DNA from: an uncultured PS1 clade bacterium
GTDB lineage: Bacteria > Pseudomonadota > Alphaproteobacteria > MED-G09
Direction of reading: 5' to 3'
Length of the DNA: 64,000 bases
NCBI GenBank assembly: GCA_902626605.1
Contig: CACOFZ010000001.1
Span: forward strand, 35,881 to 99,880
Shown: positions 11,329 to 19,392 of the stretch, one piece after another
Numbering within the stretch: the stretch's first letter is position 1
How the letters are laid out: each line of letters opens with the position of its first letter
Position numbers and translations under genes: made by a program
Notes under the pieces: model-generated
What the model was told of the DNA's origin: nothing
Seen by the model: the letters and a program-made list of their open reading frames with translations, nothing else
Databases searched by the model: none

Positions 11329-13248
11329 TTTTTTAAGTTCATAATGAATAAATGAAGATGTTGACTCAGTTTTATCGCTATTAGCAGAGTTTTCGAAAAC
11401 TATATATTCTATTTTATTATCTTCATCAAAATCGCCCCAAGCATAGGGCTTGCCTCTAATTTGTTCAACCCCAACTTCTTTGATAAAAAATCGAGACAAA
11501 CCATCATTTATATAGAGCAACGGCGTTTCTGAGCTTCTTGCTCCTACAATATCCAAATGTCCATCATTATTTATATCTATGATTTGCCATGGATCAATCC
11601 ATGTTAACCTCCCGTTATACGCATCTTTATAGGCATCATTAGAAATACTGTCGGTTATATCTTTAAAATTTCCTAATCCATCATTTTGATTAATTTGAAG
11701 ATAATATCCTCCGTAGTAAGGTTCGTATCTTGTCCAGACGGTTACAAAATCCAAGTCATTGTCACTATCAAAATCAGCAATGAGAGTTTCTAAGTGCATT
11801 TGATTATCAGGACCATAAATTGAATCAGGCATTTCAATCATATTATCTTCAGTGAAATTTCCATCATTGTTTATAAACAATTTACTTGATGCACTCCCAT
11901 GTCCAAATCCAACTAGTAAATCGTTATAGCCGTCATTATTCGCATCAAATAATGCAGAATCAAGATGCTTATTTTTTGCTATTCCACCATTTATATGATC
12001 GGTTTTTTCTATATTTGTAAGTGGCCATTGATGTATTTTTTTGTAAATATCTTGGTTATTTAGTTCGAATAAACCGTCTGAATTTTGTAATAATTCATAT
12101 CCTTCTATATCTGAAGCACCTGAATAAGATCCTATTTTTCCAATATAAATATCATCTAATCCATCTCCATTTATATCCCCAACAGCTATTGAGTGAGCGT
12201 TTTCAGCTAAAGGAAAATCTTCTGTTGAGTCGGGCAATGTAGGAAAAATATCTATCGGGTCTATTCGATTTTCAATATTCTGTGTTAAGCGTAATTGTGA
12301 ATAGGGCTTAAGGCTCAGATCTTTGACACCTGAAGGATTATAGACATTGGCGGTAAATACCGCCTCTGTCTCTGTAGCTTTTAGAAAAATTGACTTAGAT
12401 CTTCCAGAGGCATTCGCTATGGGCATATATGAATTTATATTTTCATTATATTCTAATTCTCCATCTCTAACAGTTAGTGCAATGAAGGATGTATATGTAG
12501 AATAATCGCCAACTTGAGCATATCCCTTTGCCATTGGTAAAATAACGTCTTTAATTCCATCAAGATCAATATCAAATAAAAAAGGTTTTGATGGCGACCA
12601 CCCTATTAATTGCGGAGGATTGGTAACACCCGCATAAGTATATTCTTCTGTTAGGGTATTATCAGTAAAACTATAAATAACTTTTATTTCTTCGGATTGA
12701 ATATTATTTGTAAGATATGATGTATCAATTATTTTATCATCATCCATAAATTCAATATATCTTCCGCCGACGATAATATCTTTAAATTGAGGGCCTATCA
12801 CATGGATCTCTTCACCAACAAGAGATATTGTGTAATCCTCTGAATTTCCTGCCGGGTATGATACTTTGTCATCACCACCGCCCATATAAAGAGTATTATC
12901 ACCACCGATTGCAAAATATTTTTCGTATTTAGATGTACCGTAAAAAATATCTCCTTTACCACTGCCATGAATTGTTTCAACTCCAGAAAGTTGATCACGT
13001 GTTCCATATCCATCGTCAGACCATCCCTCCTTTAGGTTTATAGTCGCACCCTCATTACCTCGCCAAAGGAGGTAGGCGGTATTTTTACCTGAGATATTAT
13101 CATTACCTGGACCTGAATTTATTGTATGCTGGGATTCGGCATTTATAACCGTATCATCTCCTTCTCCAGGTAGAATAGCAGTTACATCACTTGGTAATTC
13201 TGATGCATCAATAAAATCATCTTCATCTGTGCCATTATAATCAGCCAT
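10345..13248 (-). CDS. Large secreted FG-GAP/VCBS-repeat + RTX-like protein with shared C-terminal module (paralog B)
   Basis: GDINGDGLDD, DANNDGYND, ADFDSDNDLD, DINNDGHLD; GGAGNDIIDGGKGAD; same overall architecture as 7422..10283. Confidence 0.85.
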   Translation of the reverse strand: MADYNGTDEDDFIDASELPSDVTAILPGEGDDTVINAESQHTINSGPGNDNISGKNTAYLLWRGNEGATINLKEGWSDDGYGTRDQLSGVETIHGSGKGDIFYGTSKYEKYFAIGGDNTLYMGGGDDKVSYPAGNSEDYTISLVGEEIHVIGPQFKDIIVGGRYIEFMDDDKIIDTSYLTNNIQSEEIKVIYSFTDNTLTEEYTYAGVTNPPQLIGWSPSKPFLFDIDLDGIKDVILPMAKGYAQVGDYSTYTSFIALTVRDGELEYNENINSYMPIANASGRSKSIFLKATETEAVFTANVYNPSGVKDLSLKPYSQLRLTQNIENRIDPIDIFPTLPDSTEDFPLAENAHSIAVGDINGDGLDDIYIGKIGSYSGASDIEGYELLQNSDGLFELNNQDIYKKIHQWPLTNIEKTDHINGGIAKNKHLDSALFDANNDGYNDLLVGFGHGSASSKLFINNDGNFTEDNMIEMPDSIYGPDNQMHLETLIADFDSDNDLDFVTVWTRYEPYYGGYYLQINQNDGLGNFKDITDSISNDAYKDAYNGRLTWIDPWQIIDINNDGHLDIVGARSSETPLLYINDGLSRFFIKEVGVEQIRGKPYAWGDFDEDNKIEYIVFENSANSDKTESTSSFIHYELKKEIGTGPDFVNTADQGIPGFNEKYYLNENSSAKEAVDAGTYATGLEHYLAEGKEAGLKTFAPFTKVHGYSGDDTIILREGDETAFGYAGKDTIEGGAGNDIIDGGKGADTAIYRDSSSAYTLKANDDGTVSVTHTSPSEGFTDEGSDTLTSIEKMQFSDKTLSKTSLKYQLSETVDTSENILSAHTEDVLSGTLNFNKGDNIIILDGQGKTYRGLEGNDTYFVSQLLPKNGKVSITDTEGSNIIQIPSNTYVDKSLFTKNAARLTLEDEREITISGADKFSYNVGGNITDGTKGTDLTFTEFAEVFGVYDILNSSGAQTGEISDMYII

Positions 13249-13252
13249 TTAG

Positions 13253-14140
13253 TTAAACCGGTTTATCGCCTATAACAGTTACGCGCTCAACTTTTCTAAT
13301 TGCAGGCCAATAATCTCCAGTTGCATAATGTTGGCAAACTCTATTATCCCAAAAAGCAATAGAGTTTTGCTCCCATTTAAAGCGACATTGGTATTCAGGA
13401 ACATTAGCTTGATTATATAAAAAATTAAGCATTAGTCTTGAGTCTTCATCTGAAAAACCTTCGATGTGGGTAGTAAATACTGCATTAACATATATAGATT
13501 TTTTTCCTGTATCTGGGTGGGTACGTATCACTGGATGAGTTGGCTTAGGAAATTTTTTATTTAACTTTTCGATTTCTTCAGCTGACTTTCCTTGTTTAAT
13601 AAGCCTATTTCTGAAAAGAGCGAAATCATGAACTGCATAAGTACCCTCTAATTTTTCTTTAATTTCATCTGGAAGATTTTCATATGCTACTTCCATATTT
13701 GCAAATAAGGTATCACCTCCAACAGTAGGGGTTTCAACCATTCTTAATATAGATCCTAAAGAAGGTTCCATACGCCAGGTGACATCAGAATGCCATGCAT
13801 TTTCTTTAGGTTTATTATCTTTATTATGAGTTATTCGAAGAACCTCTGGGTGATCATCCCTATTAGTGCCAAGAGGAGCAAACGGATGAATTTCTAATTC
13901 CCCAAAATACTGACCAAATTTTAAATGTTCTTCAGTTGTAAGATCTTGGTCACGAAAAAATATTACTTTATAGGTAAGAAGGGCGTCGTATATATGATCT
14001 CTCTCTTCTTGTGATAAATCGCTCTTAAGGTCGATGTCTAAAAGCTCAGCACCAATAGTTGTTGATAATCTTTTGATAGTAAAAGGATGTTTTTGCGACT
14101 CAAATTCCTCTGGTGTATAATTATTTAGGTGTTGTAGCAC
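13253..14140 (-). CDS. TauD/TfdA-family Fe(II)/2-oxoglutarate dioxygenase
   Basis: KVIFFRDQ, WHSDVTW (HxD), GGDTLF, HPVIRTHPDTG, WDNRVCQH; GTG start. Confidence 0.92.
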   Translation of the reverse strand: MLQHLNNYTPEEFESQKHPFTIKRLSTTIGAELLDIDLKSDLSQEERDHIYDALLTYKVIFFRDQDLTTEEHLKFGQYFGELEIHPFAPLGTNRDDHPEVLRITHNKDNKPKENAWHSDVTWRMEPSLGSILRMVETPTVGGDTLFANMEVAYENLPDEIKEKLEGTYAVHDFALFRNRLIKQGKSAEEIEKLNKKFPKPTHPVIRTHPDTGKKSIYVNAVFTTHIEGFSDEDSRLMLNFLYNQANVPEYQCRFKWEQNSIAFWDNRVCQHYATGDYWPAIRKVERVTVIGDKPV

Positions 14141-14162
14141 GGCTTAACCCTATTTTTATTCT

Positions 14163-14831
14163 TCAATTAGGAAAGAAAATTTTTTCATCTCCCTCCTCCC
14201 ATTTCTTATACTTAATCATTATGCTTTTAAATAATTTAGATTCAAGAAATTTCATTAGCCAATTTTGGATATTTGGTTTTTGTAATGAGTCAAACCAGTC
14301 CATATCAGCTATTCGAAATTGACGAATAAATGGAAGGATTGAAATATCTAATGCTGAAATTTTATCATCATAAAGAAATTGGGAAGAACTTAATTGATCC
14401 TCAAGCTCATTAATAAAAATCAAACACTTTTCTCTATGAACAAGAGGATCTTCATTGTCATATCTTTTTGAATATTTATACCTATCTAAATGATGTTTAA
14501 ATTCATTATCATTTGTATGGATTAATTCTAATGACTTTTCTGATTTATTTGATCTAAGCCAGTTATCAGGGTCATTTAATTTAAGGGCCCAATCTATTAC
14601 ATCAAGGCTTTCATCAATTACTTGCCCTGAGCTCAAAGAAAGAACCGGAACTGTACCCTTTGGGGATAATTTAATCATTGATGATGGTTTGTCTCTCAGT
14701 ATAACTTCACGAAACTCAACCTGTTGCCCACTTATGGCTATAGCCATTCTTGCACGCATTGCGTATGGACACCTTCTAAAGGAATAGAGTAAATGATTAT
14801 TTTGTTTGTTTTCCACCAAGATGCTTTTCAC
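14163..14831 (-). CDS. Glutathione S-transferase family protein (start uncertain)
   Basis: LYSFRRCPYAMRAR, SPKGTVPVL, DESLDVIDW, FKHHLDRYKY, PFIRQF. Confidence 0.88.
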   Translation of the reverse strand: MKSILVENKQNNHLLYSFRRCPYAMRARMAIAISGQQVEFREVILRDKPSSMIKLSPKGTVPVLSLSSGQVIDESLDVIDWALKLNDPDNWLRSNKSEKSLELIHTNDNEFKHHLDRYKYSKRYDNEDPLVHREKCLIFINELEDQLSSSQFLYDDKISALDISILPFIRQFRIADMDWFDSLQKPNIQNWLMKFLESKLFKSIMIKYKKWEEGDEKIFFPN

Positions 14832-15732
14832 CTCTCTCTTTAGCTAAAAGTATTTGTTTTTGACGTGAGCCAAAACGTTCTTTTTTTTCTTTTGTTGTTT
14901 TATCATAACAATAGATACAACTTATGCCCTCTATATATTTTTTGTTTAGCATTTCTTCTTCCGTAATTGGCATTCGACAAGCAAAACACATTTTATAGGA
15001 TCCAACTTTCAACTCATCAGTAAGGCAAACCCTTTGATCAAAAACAAAACATTCACCATTCCAAAGGCTATTCTCTTTATTAGTTTTCTCGAAATATTTT
15101 AGTATACCTCCTTGAAGATGATATACATCTTCAAAGCCTTCTTCTTTCATAAGAGAAGAGGCTTTTTCACATCGTATTCCTCCAGTACAAAACATAGCTA
15201 TTTTTTTATTAGTATTTTCTTTTGACTTTTTGAATTTTTTTACCCAATCAGGAAATTCCCTAAAGGATGATGTTTCAGGATATAAGGCATTCTCGAAGGA
15301 TCCAATTTTAGTTTCATATTTATTACGCGTATCAATGACAACCACATTTGGATCGGATATCAATTCATTCCAATCCTCTGGCTTCACATATGTTCCAACT
15401 TTTTTGTTGGGGTTAATTTCAGGAAGTCCAATAGTTACAATTTCTTTTTTCAATCTGACTTTCATCCTATGGAAAGGTTGTTTATCTGTTGAAGAATATT
15501 TGATTTCTATATTAGAAAATTTATTATCGCTTATTAGTGATGAAATAGTTTCTTTAATTTCATTATGTTTTCCAGAAATTGTGCCATTTATACCTTCATT
15601 GGCAATAAGAATAGTCCCCATAATATTATTTTCTTCACAAATATTGTAAAGATTGTCCTGTAAGGATAGTAGATCGTTTATTTCTACAAATTTGTATAAT
15701 GATGCAACTAATATCTCATTTTTATTTGGCAT
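14797..15732 (-). CDS. trhO: Rhodanese-domain tRNA U34 hydroxylase (TrhO/YceA family)
   Basis: GTILIANEGINGT, KVRLKKEIVT, IDTRNKYE, MFCTGGIRCEKAS, HLQGGILKY, GECFVFDQRV. Confidence 0.9.
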   Translation of the reverse strand: MPNKNEILVASLYKFVEINDLLSLQDNLYNICEENNIMGTILIANEGINGTISGKHNEIKETISSLISDNKFSNIEIKYSSTDKQPFHRMKVRLKKEIVTIGLPEINPNKKVGTYVKPEDWNELISDPNVVVIDTRNKYETKIGSFENALYPETSSFREFPDWVKKFKKSKENTNKKIAMFCTGGIRCEKASSLMKEEGFEDVYHLQGGILKYFEKTNKENSLWNGECFVFDQRVCLTDELKVGSYKMCFACRMPITEEEMLNKKYIEGISCIYCYDKTTKEKKERFGSRQKQILLAKERGEKHLGGKQTK

Positions 15733-15875
15733 TTCAGTCTTCTAAATCTCTTTTATTGTAATTTTCCCTAGAAAAATCAATTTATTAATTTTATCCATTA
15801 GATTCAATTATTTAATTTTTTTATTGTCTTAAAGTAGTTTTTTAGTATATGAAAGAAAGGAATGGAGTAAACAAT

Positions 15876-16220
15876 ATGCCTACAGGTACAGTTAAATGGT
15901 TTAATGGTCGTAAAGGTTACGGATTTATTGAACCGGATGATGGTGAAAATGATGTTTTTGTTCACGTTACTGCCGTTAAGGACTCAGGTTTAAATGTTCT
16001 TAATGAGGGAGATAAAGTGAGCTTTGAACTCGTTGAAAATAGAGGAAGAATGGCGGCTGAAAAACTAGCTAAAGTAGATAGTGATGAAGCACCTGCAGAA
16101 GAAGCAAAAGCAGAAGAAGCAGAAGTTAAAGATACCGATGCAGAAGAAGCAGAAGTTGAAGAAACTGATGAAGAAGAAGCAAAAGCAGAAGAAGCAGAAG
16201 AGTCAGAAGAATCTGAGTAA
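15876..16220 (+). CDS. Cold-shock domain protein with long acidic repeat tail
   Basis: [15 protein letters not shown] (RNP1), DVFVH (RNP2); GGAG SD upstream of ATG 15876. Confidence 0.93.
   Translation: MPTGTVKWFNGRKGYGFIEPDDGENDVFVHVTAVKDSGLNVLNEGDKVSFELVENRGRMAAEKLAKVDSDEAPAEEAKAEEAEVKDTDAEEAEVEETDEEEAKAEEAEESEESE
16095..16217 (+). repeat. 15-nt tandem repeat encoding acidic pentapeptides ([10 protein letters not shown]/VxxTD)
   Basis: GCAGAAGAAGCA(A/G)AA units; two 30-nt copies at 16110-16139 and 16140-16169. Confidence 0.85.
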
Positions 16221-16377
16221 TCCCTCAAAATTATAATTTCTTTTTAAGTAAGTCCTAAATTACTGAAGAGTATTTTGCATTGCTTTTTAATTGTTAGGTT
16301 TAAGTAAACAGATAACAATTATGAGCATGATAGGACTTTGTTTTTTCAAATTATTAATATTAAAAGGAGTAATTATA

Positions 16378-16602
16378 ATGCCCACAGGAACAGTTAAATG
16401 GTTTAATCCTAATAAAGGTTTTGGTTTTATTGAACCGGATGAAGGTGAAAATGACGTATTTGTTCACATTACTGCCGTTCAAGAATCTAGTTTAGGAAGT
16501 CTTGATGAAGGTGACAGAGTAAATTTCGATTTAGTCGAAAACAGAGGTAAAATGGCTGCAGGTAACTTGAGCCAAGGGGATCCTAAAGCAGAAACTGAAT
16601 AA
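16378..16602 (+). CDS. Cold-shock protein (CspA family)
   Basis: [23 protein letters not shown]; AAGGAG SD before ATG 16378. Confidence 0.94.
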   Translation: MPTGTVKWFNPNKGFGFIEPDEGENDVFVHITAVQESSLGSLDEGDRVNFDLVENRGKMAAGNLSQGDPKAETE

Positions 16603-16619
16603 TTATATTTAGAATTTTT

Positions 16620-16666
16620 AAGCCTGTAACATATAATGCTATGGTATTATAGTTACGGGCTTTTTT
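16620..16666 (+). terminator. Long hairpin, probable intrinsic terminator of the csp genes
   Basis: AAGCCTGTAAC-A-TATAATGC-TATG-GTATTATA-GTTACGGGCTT followed by a T-run. Confidence 0.7.
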
Positions 16667-16740
16667 AATTTGAATTATATGTCTGTTTTATTATAAAGAC
16701 TTATAATGATACTAAGGTGATTTATTAATTAAAATTTTTG

Positions 16741-16817
16741 GGTCCCTTAGCTCAGCTGGATAGAGCACTGGTCTTCGAAACCAGGTGTCAGAGGTTCGAA
16801 TCCTCTAGGGACCGCCA
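16741..16817 (+). tRNA. tRNA-Arg(TCG)
   Basis: GGTCCCT/AGGGACC acceptor + GCCA; D-arm GCTC-AGCTGGATA-GAGC (A20 Arg identity element); anticodon arm CTGGT-CTTCGAA-ACCAG; T-arm AGAGG-TTCGAAT-CCTCT. Confidence 0.95.
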
Positions 16818-16833
16818 AATTTGAGGTAATAAA

Positions 16834-18219
16834 ATGAAACAACTACCGCTTCCAGATATAAATCATTCATTACTAGAAATGGTTGGTAATACACCTTTAT
16901 TGGAAATTAAAAATATTGATGTCGGTTTATGTAGTTTATTTGTAAAAATGGAGTCTCAAAATCCAGGTGGATCCATCAAGGATCGTGTAGCAATGTCGAT
17001 AATTGAACAAGCAGAACGCGATGGATTATTAAGTGATGGAGGAACTATCGTAGAGGCTACAGCAGGAAATACCGGGCTTGGTTTAGCTTTAATAGGAGTT
17101 TTAAAAGGCTATAGGGTAATACTGGTTATTCCAGATAAAATGAGCCAAGAAAAAATTCTGCATCTTAAAGCATTAGGAACCGAGATAATTTTTACTCGAT
17201 CTGATGTATCAATAGAACACCCTGAGTATTATCATAATGTTGCTGAGAAAATTGTTAGAGAAACTCCAGGTGCTTTTTATGCAAATCAATTTGGAAATCC
17301 AGCTAATGTTCTGGCTCATGAAAAAACAACAGGTCCAGAGATTTGGGAACAAATGGATCATGATATTGATGCTTTTGTAGCTGGAGTTGGTTCTGGTGGA
17401 ACTCTAACAGGTGTCGGGAAATTTTTAAAAAGTGTATCTCCGAAAACAAAAATTGTTGCGGCTGATCCAGCGGGTTCAATTATTTACGATGCTGTTAAAA
17501 AAGGATCTTTTGAGTATAAGGGTGGATCGTGGCTTGTTGAGGGAATTGGAGAAGATTTTATCCCAGATATATTGGATCTTTCTTATGTTGATGATGCTGT
17601 AACTATTCATGATAGTGTTGCATTTGAAACATTAGATATTTTACTTAAAAAGGAAGGTATTCTAGCTGGATCTTCAGCCGGAACACTAGTTGCTGGAGCC
17701 ATAGAATGGTGCAGGGCTCAAACAGAACCAAAAAGAGTTGTTACTTTAATATGTGATACAGGTAATAAATATCTCTCCAAAGCTTTTGATGATGCCTGGC
17801 TTACTAATAATGGCCTAGATAAGCGTAATCTAAAAAATGATTTAAGTGACCTCATCGTAATGCGAGCTGATCAAGGCCAAGTTGTTAGCGTTAAAGAAGA
17901 TGATACAGTTGCTACTGCCTATAATAGAATGAGAAATTCAAATATTTCTCAACTCCCCGTTATTGAGGAAGGTGATATAGTTGGTGTTATTCAAGAAAAA
18001 GATATCTTAAAAAATTGTCTCAATAATAAGAAAGGTTTTTCAGATCAAATATCTAACGTAATGTCTAAAGAAATAAACTTATTGGACTCAAAAGCTTCTA
18101 TTGATGAATTATCTAAAATTTTGGAGAATGAAAATTTTGCAATGATTATGGAAAACAATACTTTTATTGGATTGTTAACAAAAGTTGATTTATTAGCATA
18201 TTTAAAGAAAGATATATAA
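16834..18219 (+). CDS. cbs: Cystathionine beta-synthase (PLP fold II + C-terminal CBS domains)
   Basis: KMESQNPGGSIKDR, EATAGNTG, GVGSGGT, VEGIGEDF, CDTGNKYLSK; CBS pair (SQLPV...GLLTKVDLL). Confidence 0.88.
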   Translation: MKQLPLPDINHSLLEMVGNTPLLEIKNIDVGLCSLFVKMESQNPGGSIKDRVAMSIIEQAERDGLLSDGGTIVEATAGNTGLGLALIGVLKGYRVILVIPDKMSQEKILHLKALGTEIIFTRSDVSIEHPEYYHNVAEKIVRETPGAFYANQFGNPANVLAHEKTTGPEIWEQMDHDIDAFVAGVGSGGTLTGVGKFLKSVSPKTKIVAADPAGSIIYDAVKKGSFEYKGGSWLVEGIGEDFIPDILDLSYVDDAVTIHDSVAFETLDILLKKEGILAGSSAGTLVAGAIEWCRAQTEPKRVVTLICDTGNKYLSKAFDDAWLTNNGLDKRNLKNDLSDLIVMRADQGQVVSVKEDDTVATAYNRMRNSNISQLPVIEEGDIVGVIQEKDILKNCLNNKKGFSDQISNVMSKEINLLDSKASIDELSKILENENFAMIMENNTFIGLLTKVDLLAYLKKDI

Positions 18220-18228
18220 GAGGTAATT

Positions 18229-19389
18229 ATGGCTAAAGATAAATCAGGATTTGATACCAGGGCTATTCATGCTGGTCAGAAAAGTGACCCAGTTACTGGT
18301 GCTGTTATGACACCTATATATGCGTCATCAACCTATGAACAAGAAAGTCCAGGTGTTCATAAAGGTTATGAATATTCTAGAACATCTAACCCAACAAGAA
18401 AGGCTCTTGAGGATTGTATTGCAGATCTAGAGGGCGGTGATTCAGGATTTGCATTTGCCTCTGGAATGGCATCAACATCCACTATTTTGGAATTACTGGA
18501 TGCTGGTGACCATGTAATAGCCTCAGATGATCTTTATGGAGGAACGTATAGGTTAATGGAGGAAGTTAGAAAAAGAACATCATCTCTAAATTTTAGTTTT
18601 GTTGATTTTTCAAATACTGAAAATATATTGAAAGAGATTAAGCCAAATACAAAAATGCTTTGGCTAGAAACTCCTTCCAATCCACTTCTAAAAATTACTG
18701 ATCTTAAAGAAATATCATCCGTGATTAATGATAAGAATATTATTAAAGTTTGTGATAATACCTTTTCATCACCTTGGATACAAAGACCTTTAGATTTTGA
18801 TTTTGATATTGTGATGCACTCAGCAACTAAATATATAGGTGGCCATTCTGATGTTGTAGGAGGTTTGGCAATTACATCAAAAAATAGAACTGATTTATCA
18901 GATGAGCTTTCTTATTTAATAAATGCCAGCGGGGGTATAGCGGGACCTTTTGATAGTTTTCTTCTTCTAAGAAGCCTAAAGACTTTATCAGTAAGGATGC
19001 AAAGACATTCAGAAAATGCTCAAGCAGTTGCTGAATTTTTAGAGAGTCACCCATCAGTTTCAAAAACTATTTACCCTGGTCTTACAAGTCATCCTCAGCA
19101 TGAAATTGCTAAGAAGCAGATGAATATGTTTGGTGGTATGGTTACATTTATTGTTAAAGGCGGTTTATCATCAGCTAAGAAAGTATTAGAAACTTTAGAG
19201 ATTTTTACTTTAGCAGAAAGCTTAGGAGGTGCTGAGAGTCTTGCTGAACATCCAGCAATTATGACGCATGCATCTATACCAAAAGAAACTCGTGAGTCAT
19301 TAGGAATAGATGATGGACTTATTCGTTTATCTGTTGGTCTTGAGTCAATAGAGGATCTTATTAGTGATCTAGATAGAGCCTTAAAATAA
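18229..19389 (+). CDS. Cystathionine gamma-lyase/synthase (Cys/Met metabolism PLP enzyme)
   Basis: YEYSRTSNPTR, DDLYGGT, ETPSNP, HSATKYIGGHSD, LAESLGG, IRLSVGLE; directly follows cbs. Confidence 0.9.
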   Translation: MAKDKSGFDTRAIHAGQKSDPVTGAVMTPIYASSTYEQESPGVHKGYEYSRTSNPTRKALEDCIADLEGGDSGFAFASGMASTSTILELLDAGDHVIASDDLYGGTYRLMEEVRKRTSSLNFSFVDFSNTENILKEIKPNTKMLWLETPSNPLLKITDLKEISSVINDKNIIKVCDNTFSSPWIQRPLDFDFDIVMHSATKYIGGHSDVVGGLAITSKNRTDLSDELSYLINASGGIAGPFDSFLLLRSLKTLSVRMQRHSENAQAVAEFLESHPSVSKTIYPGLTSHPQHEIAKKQMNMFGGMVTFIVKGGLSSAKKVLETLEIFTLAESLGGAESLAEHPAIMTHASIPKETRESLGIDDGLIRLSVGLESIEDLISDLDRALK

Positions 19390-19392
19390 TAG

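Noticed and set aside
7422-13248. Diversity-generating retroelement (template/variable repeat) explanation for the near-identical 3' ends
   Set aside because: Both copies are in intact ORFs, differences are not evidently adenine-specific, and no reverse transcriptase is present in the window
16095-16217. Short repeats considered as a CRISPR array
   Set aside because: In-frame coding repeats with no unique spacers and no cas genes
15962-16228. Ser/Ala-rich minus-strand ORF
   Set aside because: Antisense shadow of the GAA/GCA repeat tail of the cold-shock gene
16741-16834. tRNA-Arg as an integration site for a mobile element
   Set aside because: No integrase, and no duplicated tRNA 3' end noticed elsewhere in the window
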